Source: Candidatus Bathyarchaeia archaeon
GTDB lineage: Archaea; Thermoproteota; Bathyarchaeia; Bathyarchaeales; Bathycorpusculaceae
DNA: 64,000 bases
Direction of reading: 5' to 3'
Assembly (NCBI GenBank): GCA_049521795.1
Contig: JBEKOM010000001.1
Location: 192,001-256,000, forward strand
Positions within the stretch are counted from its first letter, which is position 1; each line of letters starts with the position of its first letter. Shown one piece after another: positions 42,074 through 50,264 of the stretch. Position numbers and translations under genes: made by a program. The notes under the pieces were generated by a model. That model made no database searches. It was not told the DNA's origin and saw only the letters and a list, made by a program, of their open reading frames with translations.

Positions 42074-42175
42074 AACAGAACACTAATGATAGCGCGATGC
42101 GCCCGAGTTTTAAAACGTTGTGACTGCAACCCGATAGGAACACACTTCCCAAGAGCGGGTTAAAGTGGAAGCGGC

Positions 42176-42697
42176 CTATTCGTTCTTTTCCTTCATTTGT
42201 AGCAGGTGCTTGGCGAGGGTTGAAAAGGTCAAGTAGCGGTAGTGGACTTTGTCATCAAGATCTATGATGAAATGATGAAGGCCGTACTTGCTCAAAGAAC
42301 CGAACTGCTGCAGCCAATGTTGAAACTCCACAAAGTCCGAATAGGTCTGATGAAGAGAGATCACTACTCCGTTAGATCCTTCACCTATGCCTCTCTCAAT
42401 CATCACGGCTTGAGGAATTTCCGACAATCTTTTTCCCTGTTCTTCAATAAGCTTCCTCATGGCTTGCATCTCCTTCGGCGTCTCAAAATTTGCGAAAGTC
42501 AAGGCACAAATGTGGTATCCGATCTTGTTGAAGTCAGGAATAATGGTGTATTCTCTAATGAAGCCACCTTTCATCAGTTTGCCGATCAGTCTACTGACTG
42601 TAGGTTGAGAAACTCCGATCGCTTTTGCCAATTCCCTGTCACTCCTGCGACTGTCCTTCAGAAGCTCAGCAACAAGCCTCACCTCAACGTCCTTCAA
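42176..42697 (-). CDS. Lrp/AsnC family regulator
   Basis: LLKDSRRSDRELAK.IGVSQPTVSR HTH. Confidence 0.88.
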   Translation of the reverse strand: MKDVEVRLVAELLKDSRRSDRELAKAIGVSQPTVSRLIGKLMKGGFIREYTIIPDFNKIGYHICALTFANFETPKEMQAMRKLIEEQGKRLSEIPQAVMIERGIGEGSNGVVISLHQTYSDFVEFQHWLQQFGSLSKYGLHHFIIDLDDKVHYRYLTFSTLAKHLLQMKEKNE

Positions 42698-42896
42698 GAA
42701 TCATTATCCTGCCTTGGCCATACTTCTTTCTGCTTTGCTATAGAGATGAAGAAGGACTATATGTTTCTTTTCCATGATTATGTAGCTACTGAAAGTTGCT
42801 CTGTCTTTCATCTGCCACCACGCCCGCAACGTCTTCCAAGAACGCGAGCGAACTCATAAACGAAGCATAAGACCAGTGAGGCTCTTCTGCGTTAGA

Positions 42897-42910
42897 GGGT
42901 GGGATTTGAA
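42897..42910 (-). repeat. 14-bp copy of the tRNA-Arg T-arm (direct repeat of 43594-43607)
   Basis: GGGTGGGATTTGAA exact at both positions. Confidence 0.6.
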
Positions 42911-43141
42911 TCTGCAACCAGGCGGTGAAAACTGGCAACTCCTACTTTTTCTATTTTACTTTAGCGTATTTCAAACTATCAGACCTTAATCACGATGAGC
43001 AAAGCTGGGGAAAACGAAGGTCTGCGAAGCATGGCGGTTTCAAAAATATAGGGTCTTCAGAAGGGGTGTGCTTGCAAAGAGACTTCAAAGTTTCGGAAAA
43101 AAGAGCTTATTTGGGAATGCTGTCCTTAGTTCTTCAGTGAG

Positions 43142-43606
43142 ATGCTGAGATTGACGTTCAGAATAGTGAGATATAGAACTGAATATCGGGATGTCGTCGT
43201 GGGGCTGTGGCGAACATGTAACCTAGTCGTTCCCCAGAATGACCCGGTGGAAGACATAGAGAAGAAGATGCATTTCCAACCGAATCTTTTCCTTATAGGC
43301 CTGTTGGATGGGAAGGTGATAGGTTCAATCATGGTTGGTTACGATGGTCACAGAGGTTGGATAAACTATCTTGCTATCACTCCTGAAGATCAGAGATACG
43401 GCTACGGCAGAAAACTGGTTCAAAAAGCCATAGATGAGCTAAAGAAGATGGGTTGCCAGAAGGTAAACCTGCAGATTCGCAGAAGCAATGACAAGGTGAT
43501 CGACTTCTACAAACATATTGGTTTCAAAGAAGATGATGTAGTCAGTCTAGGCATGAGACTCGCTGCAAGGCAACGTACACTTCGTGGCGGGCGGGGTGGG
43601 ATTTGA
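43142..43606 (+). CDS. GNAT acetyltransferase (YpeA-like)
   Basis: GYDGHRGWINYLA, QR.GYG, KVNLQIR..N..V..FY. Confidence 0.92.
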   Translation: MLRLTFRIVRYRTEYRDVVVGLWRTCNLVVPQNDPVEDIEKKMHFQPNLFLIGLLDGKVIGSIMVGYDGHRGWINYLAITPEDQRYGYGRKLVQKAIDELKKMGCQKVNLQIRRSNDKVIDFYKHIGFKEDDVVSLGMRLAARQRTLRGGRGGI

Positions 43607-43717
43607 ACCCACGACCACCAACTTAGGAGGCTGGTGCTCTATCCAGACCAAGCCACAATTCAGGGAGCACCCCCCACAAGAATAATGACCCAGCTATCCG
43701 TCCTGAGCTACCCGCCC
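43585..43717 (-). tRNA. tRNA-Arg(CCT) with encoded CCA and a 55-nt D-loop intron (~43643-43697)
   Basis: Mature form GGGCGGGTAGCTCAGGACGG^ATAGAGCACCAGCCTCCTAAGTTGGTGGTCGTGGGTTCAAATCCCACCCCGCCCGCCA; relaxed BHB with GGAC/GTCT central helix and two GGA bulges. Confidence 0.92.
43631..43644 (+). repeat. attL core
   Basis: Identical to 50129-50142; a second identity block 43694-43719 equals 50137-50162. Confidence 0.9.
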
Positions 43718-44640
43718 AATACATACAGCAACTACCAAGTATAGAAAAGCTTCTAAGACACCTCGAAGGAAAAGGCCGAAGCCCAAACACAGTAACAGCC
43801 TACACTAAAAACCTCAAAGCCTTAGCACTACGAGCAAACCTACAAGACCCCGAAGCAGTAGAAATAGAAATAGCACGCTACAAAAAGAAAAACGAAAGAC
43901 CCGCAACCAACAACTACAAATCCAAACTATGCGACTGCTACAATACCTACTGCAAATTCTACAAAATCCAATGGGAAAAAGCAATCTACACACCCGAACC
44001 CACAACCATACAACCACCATCCAACGAAAAGATACTAATGTTCGTCGCATCCGCCAAAGGCACACTAAGCCTAAAAATTGACATCAGCAACCAAACAGGA
44101 CTCAGACCCATAGAGGTTCAGGGCGAAAAAGGACTACACGCAAAGGACATTCACCCAGACCAAAAAACAATAACAGCCCGAATAACCAAAGGATGCAACG
44201 CAAGACCACCACTTCCAATATCGCCCGAACTTACCGCAAGACTCCAAACATACATAACAAAAAACAACTTACAACCCGACGACCTACTGTTCAAAGGAAG
44301 CGAACGACGGTACGGCGAACACTTCAGAACCTTCAGAAACAGACTAGCCAAAAAACTAAACGACCCAACAATCAAAACAATCCGACTCTACGACCTAAGA
44401 CACGCCTACGCCACAAGACAACTCCGAAGAACACAAAACGCCGAAACCGTCAGAATAATAATGGGCCACAAAAGACTAGATACAACACAAAAATACCTGC
44501 ACCTACTCGGACTAGACAACGGCGAATGGATAGTTGAAGGAACAACAGACAAAAAACGAGCACAAGAACTACTAACCGCAGACTTCACTTACCAACTGAC
44601 AACACCAGACGGAACAATGCTCTTCAAAAAACCGAAATAA
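43645..44640 (+). CDS. Tyrosine integrase, C-terminal fragment int(C)
   Basis: Frame is open from 43627 with no start codon until 44038; RSPNTVTAY, TGLRPIE (R), YDLRH (R), MGH, TQKY (Y). Confidence 0.9.
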   Translation, partial: RPSHNSGSTPHKNNDPAIRPELPAQYIQQLPSIEKLLRHLEGKGRSPNTVTAYTKNLKALALRANLQDPEAVEIEIARYKKKNERPATNNYKSKLCDCYNTYCKFYKIQWEKAIYTPEPTTIQPPSNEKILMFVASAKGTLSLKIDISNQTGLRPIEVQGEKGLHAKDIHPDQKTITARITKGCNARPPLPISPELTARLQTYITKNNLQPDDLLFKGSERRYGEHFRTFRNRLAKKLNDPTIKTIRLYDLRHAYATRQLRRTQNAETVRIIMGHKRLDTTQKYLHLLGLDNGEWIVEGTTDKKRAQELLTADFTYQLTTPDGTMLFKKPK

Positions 44641-44791
44641 AAACAACCTTCTTTTTCTCCTTTCAGTATCATGCTTAACCATTATGTCGCGCTCGCATCA
44701 CGCTCGCGCTCCAACTTACAAGAACTCAAAACAACAATAAGCAGAAAAGGCAGAGCAGTTAAGCGCGTGCGAACTAATCATTAAATACTGA

Positions 44792-45223
44792 ATGCAACAT
44801 ACTGCTCTTGGTGATTCCACGGAAGAACTGAAGAAGAAGTTTATAGTTGAAGAGAAACTGGATGAAAAACGGGTTACCAATTACGTCGAAAGAATTCTTC
44901 CCTTCTGCAAGATATCGAAAGATGGTATGGTAATAGCTGAAGCCAAAGATTTGAAATCACTGCAGAAAGTCAAGCTGGCTTTGGTAGCGAGATATCTAGC
45001 AAACTATCTCGACAAAAACATACCTGCTGAAGTCACTAACGAGGAATTAAGCACTTCTCTAATTATCCCAGAAGACCAGATTGCGGCAAGAATAGCCGAA
45101 CTAAGAGAAGACAAATTCGCAATTCCTGTGAAAAGAGGTTCGCATCAAGCAAACCCTCTGCAAATTGAAGAATTCATAGCAGAGTTAGAGAACACACACC
45201 AAAAGAAAGCGGAGAAACCTTAG
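44792..45223 (+). CDS. Hypothetical cargo protein with C-terminal wHTH-like region
   Basis: VTNEELSTSL......IAARIAELRE...; stop overlaps the next start. Confidence 0.7.
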   Translation: MQHTALGDSTEELKKKFIVEEKLDEKRVTNYVERILPFCKISKDGMVIAEAKDLKSLQKVKLALVARYLANYLDKNIPAEVTNEELSTSLIIPEDQIAARIAELREDKFAIPVKRGSHQANPLQIEEFIAELENTHQKKAEKP

Positions 45224-46014
45224 TGAATCTGAACGACTACTTTCCTAAAGATGAAGTCGAAGATGCCAAATACATAATTCATGAATTTCATGATAAACTG
45301 CTTCTTGATGACAAACCGAGCGACAAAACTGCATTGCTACTGTCACTCTACATGTGCTCTAACAAGAACAAGCAATCCGAGATTACGTACGGCGAAGTTA
45401 GGAAGCTATTCGTTACGCTTGGCAGAAAGGAAGACAATTTCGCAGTGAATCTGTTCAATGCAAAGAGAGAGGAGCTTGTGGATGAAAGACAAGAAGGGCG
45501 AGCAAAATTACTCAGCTTGAAAGTCAAGGGATTAAAAGAAGTAAAGGACACGTTAGGAGAAACGATTGGAGTCAAAACATGGCTGATTGAATCTGGTAAG
45601 GTTTATAGTGGAAAGAAACTTTTCCAAGAGATAGTAATGTCGAAGATTGGTTCTGCAGCCAAAATCTGTGACCCATATTGCGGAACTAGAATTCTCGAGT
45701 TGATAAGTGGAATTGAACACAAGTGCGCAATCTTTCTTTTGACACAAGCAATCGAACAAAAGGAATCCTTCAAAAGGGAGTTGATAGATTTCTCAAAGGA
45801 ATTTCAGCACTTGAAAATTGAGGTTAGAATTTTCAATGGAAAGACGTTGCATGACAGATACATAATATCGGATGGCAATTGCTGGTCTGTTGGTTCAAGT
45901 CTGAAGGATTTTGGGAATAAAGACACCACATTAACGAAACTGGAAGACGAAGTAAGATATGCCGTAGAAGAAATGTTCGACAAGAGATGGCAAGAAGCCA
46001 CTCCGTTTCCATAA
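45223..46014 (+). CDS. Cargo protein with C-terminal PLD-like (HDR-type) nuclease fold
   Basis: ICDPY...LLT...LHDRYII.D...WSVGSSLKDFG.K. Confidence 0.7.
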   Translation: MNLNDYFPKDEVEDAKYIIHEFHDKLLLDDKPSDKTALLLSLYMCSNKNKQSEITYGEVRKLFVTLGRKEDNFAVNLFNAKREELVDERQEGRAKLLSLKVKGLKEVKDTLGETIGVKTWLIESGKVYSGKKLFQEIVMSKIGSAAKICDPYCGTRILELISGIEHKCAIFLLTQAIEQKESFKRELIDFSKEFQHLKIEVRIFNGKTLHDRYIISDGNCWSVGSSLKDFGNKDTTLTKLEDEVRYAVEEMFDKRWQEATPFP

Positions 46015-46184
46015 ATCGCGCGCGCATAGCAGGAACATAATAGGCATTCGTTACACTTCTATCGTCTTTTCTGTTTTGTGCATTCTGTAAATAGAAAGGC
46101 GCGCTAGGCACAATTCAATGTTAACTATTAGAGAAGCAATCTGGCAGTGCAGTCTTTTTAACCAAGCTGGCTTTATTCTTTGTT

Positions 46185-47120
46185 ATGCTGTCAACGACTC
46201 ATTGTCTGCTCACTGGTGGAAGATGTGCTCATTTACCTATCTCTGTTGAATTGAACAGTTTCTTCGTATCCGAGCCTTACGATGAAGAAAGGCAACAAAG
46301 GGAACTCGCAATCAAGAAAGCACTAGAAGGTTTTAACTACATAATATCGGACCACAAAATCATGAATATTGCTCTCACATGCAAGATATGCCGTCAAATT
46401 CAATCATCAGAATTTGGAATCGTAGACATATCTGGATGTAATCCGAACGTCCTGATTGAATTAGGTATGCTGTACGGTTTCAGCAAACCGACAATTATAT
46501 TACTTAAGAAAAGCGAGCACCCTGAGTTTGACGTTCCATCGAACATTAAGGGAATCGAGCAAATTCGATACGAGGATTTTGACGAAATCACTGGAAAAAT
46601 AAAGAAAACCGTGAGCGTGTTTTTTGAGCTTCGGGCCAAAATGGATGAATACATAATTGACATGAGACCCATGCTTCAGCATCTCATACGGAGGCTTGAA
46701 ATTGAAATTGAAACGAGAAAATTGGTCGAAACTGGACTCAAATCTCAGATTATTGATTTCAAGACTCTTGGAAATGTTGGGGTTGTTATACTTGACAAAG
46801 GAACAAGAAATGGTGTCAAAACAGGCATGATTTTTGAGGTCTACCGCTCTGATAGAATCTCTATGGGAGACTATCTAGAAGAGAATGTTGGTCTAATCAT
46901 AGTGACATTTGCTCAAGAAAGAATTGCACAGTGTCAACCATTACAGATTGACCCAGACCTGCAGTTCTGGAAAGATGTTTCTTCAAACACTTTTGCCAAA
47001 AATGTCGTTAAGCCATACCCGAGTAAGACGTACAAAGATATTTCGATAGAGCAAGCAAAGACTATCCTAAGCAAAGCAGAAATATTGCACGAATACATGT
47101 ACTCTGGTAGGGTATGTTGA
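46185..47120 (+). CDS. Cargo protein: NDT/TIR-like nucleotide hydrolase fused to a FlgT-C-like beta domain
   Basis: FFVSEPY, IVDIS..NPNVLIELG......KP.IIL, VPSNI.G...IRY; then ILDKG...GVK.GMIFEVYR. Confidence 0.7.
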   Translation: MLSTTHCLLTGGRCAHLPISVELNSFFVSEPYDEERQQRELAIKKALEGFNYIISDHKIMNIALTCKICRQIQSSEFGIVDISGCNPNVLIELGMLYGFSKPTIILLKKSEHPEFDVPSNIKGIEQIRYEDFDEITGKIKKTVSVFFELRAKMDEYIIDMRPMLQHLIRRLEIEIETRKLVETGLKSQIIDFKTLGNVGVVILDKGTRNGVKTGMIFEVYRSDRISMGDYLEENVGLIIVTFAQERIAQCQPLQIDPDLQFWKDVSSNTFAKNVVKPYPSKTYKDISIEQAKTILSKAEILHEYMYSGRVC

Positions 47121-47509
47121 TGTCAGCTATGCTGAAGGGCAAAATTCTGAAAATCTTGAGTAGTTACAGCGTTGTCATCAGTCTTGGCAAGGAGCAAGGC
47201 GTTACAAAGGATATGAAATTCATTATTTATGAGGAAGGGGATATGATAAAGGATCCCGAAACTGGAGCAGATATTGAGAAATTGGAAATTCTGAAAGGAG
47301 AAGTGACTGTCACTCAGGTCCAAGAAAAAATCAGCGTTGCAGAAAGCTTTGCGATCGAAAAGAGAGTATACAATCCTCTTGATGTGGTGTACGCATACAC
47401 ATCTAGAACTGTCATAACAAAAGAGAAGAAACCGCTAACTGACGAAGCCATTGAAGCTCCTGCTCCTTCTAAAGTGAAAATCGGAGACCTTGTCAGGCAA
47501 ATTTCGTGA
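47114..47509 (+). CDS. Cargo protein: stand-alone FlgT-C-like domain
   Basis: VVISLG..QGV...M.F.IYE.G..I.DPETG, V.V.QVQEK.S, VKIGD.V; overlaps the upstream gene. Confidence 0.7.
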   Translation: MLMSAMLKGKILKILSSYSVVISLGKEQGVTKDMKFIIYEEGDMIKDPETGADIEKLEILKGEVTVTQVQEKISVAESFAIEKRVYNPLDVVYAYTSRTVITKEKKPLTDEAIEAPAPSKVKIGDLVRQIS

Positions 47510-47576
47510 TATCCTCACAACACGATGTTGAACAGGGTGCTCGAGCCAAGTCGTGCGCAACACCAATAACCATACT

Positions 47577-47738
47577 CTAAAAAGCCTCCAAAATCAGCCA
47601 GCCATCAACAAAAGACCAACGTCTCTTACGATAACCAGACAACTTAACCAAACGCTTCAAGGGAACAGACTCAATACGGCAACCCTGAGCACGAACAGAA
47701 ACAAACAGACGCACCTTGCCCAAAAGCACAGCCTTCAT
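47577..47738 (-). CDS. Small basic protein (53 aa) downstream of rep
   Basis: Manual translation MKAVLLGKVRLFVSV...DGWLILEAF*; starts 8 nt after the rep stop. Confidence 0.5.
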   Translation of the reverse strand: MKAVLLGKVRLFVSVRAQGCRIESVPLKRLVKLSGYRKRRWSFVDGWLILEAF

Positions 47739-47746
47739 AGCTACCG

Positions 47747-48724
47747 CTATTCGACTCGACGGATTACAGCGTCAGGATAGTTAGGTTGACCGAGCTCATC
47801 AAACTCATAGTCAACAAACCAAGGAACATAGTCAGGGTGACCGACATCCTTAACGATGTGACGCTTACCAACGTAAGCGCACGTACCCATTTCTTCACCG
47901 CAAGCAGGACAGACATCTTCGGACTCCAACCGCACACCCTTAAACTTACGATAACTCATCGAACCAAACCACGTGACAACGTGAAAACGCCCGACACCGA
48001 CCCGAATCGTCGCATGGTTCAACTGATACCAAGCCGTACCGAGAAGGGTCTTGCGTTTATCGTGAACCTTAACGAGAATGCCATCCTTTTCACCGCATCT
48101 ATAATTACGGTCAACAAAGCCACCGCAACCCTTGAAACAAGCCCTCTTGCAAGCACGGCACTTCTCTCGGCCAGCGACAGAAGCGAGAGTGTGATAGTGA
48201 GGACTCCAAACCAAACGCTGAAGGATTCTGTTAATGCGGAATCCGTGAAAAATCATGCAACCGCCGACAACGCCCCTGTCCAGCAAAGCCTTTCTAGCCT
48301 TCACTCGCAACGCGACCTCAGGCAAATGCCTATCAGCCTCAGGAAAAGACACCGTGACGTGCTCGGCAACACCTAGACCACGCCTCTCAGCCTCAATCAA
48401 ACGGCCCTCAATACTACGAGCCTCACGGAGAGCCCAACCGCGAATAAAGCAGACAGGACAGCTACTCTTATGACACCACAGATGCTTATGACGAACAACT
48501 ACCTTATCCGTACAATCTACCCCGCCAACGAAAACGCCTTTATGCCCTTCGACGTTCTTACAAACCTTGTAAGCAACCCAACGACCGCAAAAATCGCAAG
48601 TTTTAGCACCCCTGCCAACAGGCTGATAATTCTCATGCCCAACGTTGTCAACGGGCAGACACCAATACTTATTCTTCAAAATAGCCCTATTCAAACGCAG
48701 ACGCTCAGAAAAGGAACGGTTCAC
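47747..48724 (-). CDS. HUH rolling-circle replication initiator, Cys-rich
   Basis: HVTVS (motif I), GG..IFH.FR, WSPHYH (HUH), WYQLNH (catalytic Tyr), several CxxC. Confidence 0.8.
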   Translation of the reverse strand: MNRSFSERLRLNRAILKNKYWCLPVDNVGHENYQPVGRGAKTCDFCGRWVAYKVCKNVEGHKGVFVGGVDCTDKVVVRHKHLWCHKSSCPVCFIRGWALREARSIEGRLIEAERRGLGVAEHVTVSFPEADRHLPEVALRVKARKALLDRGVVGGCMIFHGFRINRILQRLVWSPHYHTLASVAGREKCRACKRACFKGCGGFVDRNYRCGEKDGILVKVHDKRKTLLGTAWYQLNHATIRVGVGRFHVVTWFGSMSYRKFKGVRLESEDVCPACGEEMGTCAYVGKRHIVKDVGHPDYVPWFVDYEFDELGQPNYPDAVIRRVE

Positions 48725-48748
48725 AGCCTCAACCGATACCAGCCAAAA

Positions 48749-48967
48749 TCACCTCAACTCTCCATTCAAATAACGATCAGGATGCTTCTCTACCCACTCC
48801 ACAAATCTCGCATCCTCTTCATCCTCCTCATCCATCTCACGCTCAAATCTCCTATAATGAGGACATTTGAAACACCTAGCCATGATTCCAAACTTTGCGT
48901 CTTTACGATACGAACAGAGAACGTCAGGCAAAAACGCGCAGGATAACAACGTTTCAGATGAAGCCAT
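48749..48967 (-). CDS. Small Cys-containing protein upstream of rep
   Basis: 72 aa, C..C..CFKC, acidic tract; co-oriented with rep. Confidence 0.55.
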   Translation of the reverse strand: MASSETLLSCAFLPDVLCSYRKDAKFGIMARCFKCPHYRRFEREMDEEDEEDARFVEWVEKHPDRYLNGELR

Positions 48968-49050
48968 TCCTTACATCCCTCTCTAAATCATTCCCTAATC
49001 AACGAATGAGATATATAGATATTCAAGGGTATACTCATAATTGAGGGACA

Positions 49051-49788
49051 ATGGTGAATCCTAACAATTCCAGCTACAAACAGTACAACCAACAACTGAT
49101 TCTAATGGCTCTTTTAGACGGTCAATGGCACCGAAACATGGAACTCAAAGAGAAAACCAAATTGACCGCTCGCACATTATCCAAGCATTTAGATGAATTG
49201 GAAGAAGAACTTCACTGGATAGAAAAGAAAAAAGATACTGAAAGCGGAAAATACCCATATCCCGTTCTCTACAAAGCCAACCCGACAACCATAAAACACA
49301 CAAAATTCGTCATGTCAATCCACGAATATGCGGACAACATAGAAACAACGTTAAAGGAAACAAAAGACCCCTTCCTAATGTTAGATAATTTTCACATGCT
49401 CAACCAACTAACCTTCACACTAATCTTGATGGCAGTTCAAAGTAACAAATACATGACTTGGAAACAAATAGATTATGCGACAAGCTTCTTTCTTTTTTCA
49501 CCTTACGAAATCTATACTCAAAACCTAGTTACAGCAATCACCAAAGCCATACAATCAGGCGCACGATTTGACGTCAAACAACTATTAGTATCTCAAGCGA
49601 AACGACGAAGAGTAATTCCCGAAGAGATTATCAAACCCTACGACGAACTGGGAATACTAACGCCGTATCCGACAAAGCACGTTACGGCAAAGCGTGACCT
49701 AATAACGCAAGACAAAAATCAAACTTACACACGCACTGGGAAGTCTCCTCGAAGGCATAAGCCTTTCCCTCATTTAAAAAAGAGGTAA
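49051..49788 (+). CDS. Winged-HTH regulator of the element
   Basis: LMALLDG.WH...ELK.KT.L..RTLSKHL.EL; divergent from the rep operon. Confidence 0.75.
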   Translation: MVNPNNSSYKQYNQQLILMALLDGQWHRNMELKEKTKLTARTLSKHLDELEEELHWIEKKKDTESGKYPYPVLYKANPTTIKHTKFVMSIHEYADNIETTLKETKDPFLMLDNFHMLNQLTFTLILMAVQSNKYMTWKQIDYATSFFLFSPYEIYTQNLVTAITKAIQSGARFDVKQLLVSQAKRRRVIPEEIIKPYDELGILTPYPTKHVTAKRDLITQDKNQTYTRTGKSPRRHKPFPHLKKR

Positions 49789-49870
49789 AGTTAGAAATCA
49801 TCCCGTCATGGAAGCCACACAACTTGAAAACAAAAGTGACTCGCTAGGCTTCCAATGACTAGAATCTTTT

Positions 49871-50041
49871 ATGAAAGGCATATTGCCTTCTCGTCGCGTC
49901 AACGAAAAAACAATGAAGGTCTGTGAAATGAGAATCGGAGATGTGAAAATGAGAACCCTTAATAGAACCCCAGAAGAAGTACGAGTCGCCCAGCTATGGG
50001 CAGAAATGGAACTATCAAAACTTTTGAAGGTGAAAGAATGA
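49871..50041 (+). CDS. Small protein (56 aa) coupled to int(N)
   Basis: MKGILPSRR...LLKVKE*; ATGA overlap with ATG 50038. Confidence 0.45.
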   Translation: MKGILPSRRVNEKTMKVCEMRIGDVKMRTLNRTPEEVRVAQLWAEMELSKLLKVKE

Positions 50042-50178
50042 CTACAGAAGAGACTGAAACACAGGGTAAAGCCACAAATCCAATGGACAATCAAGCAGAA
50101 AACAAAGAAGCTTTACTAAGGATAAAGTCTGGTGCTCTATCCGTCCTGAGCTACCCGCCCAACATTTCATTAGGCTGA
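50038..50178 (+). CDS. Integrase N-terminal fragment int(N), reading through attR
   Basis: MTTEE...RIKSGALS crosses the att core in the same codon phase as int(C); alternative start 49996. Confidence 0.75.
   Translation: MTTEETETQGKATNPMDNQAENKEALLRIKSGALSVLSYPPNISLG
50129..50160 (-). repeat. attR: displaced, intronless 5' part of tRNA-Arg
   Basis: Reverse complement GGGCGGGTAGCTCAGGACGGATAGAGCACCAG equals the spliced 5' 32 nt. Confidence 0.92.
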
Positions 50179-50264
50179 GACTAGTTTGATGCGGTGTAGA
50201 TTTTAACCTAGTGCCAGCCTCTGCAAAAAAGTTTAACTGCACACAAATATCAACCTTTATCGCT

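Larger units (their letters stand above)
43631..50142. mobile_element. Integrated rolling-circle plasmid-like element (predicted circle 6498 bp)
   Basis: att direct repeat CTGGTGCTCTATCC at 43631-43644 and 50129-50142, split tyrosine integrase, HUH Rep, wHTH regulator, cargo genes. Confidence 0.92.

Noticed and set aside
43694-43719. Longer 26-bp identity block (equal to 50137-50162) as the crossover site, implying a host-owned intron
   Set aside because: Recombination here joins int(N) to int(C) out of frame with an early stop and leaves CTGGTGCT at attR unexplained. Disfavoured, though not formally excluded.
44038-44640. 200-aa ORF as a complete integrase
   Set aside because: The frame extends about 135 codons upstream and includes the core-binding region; ATG 44038 is internal
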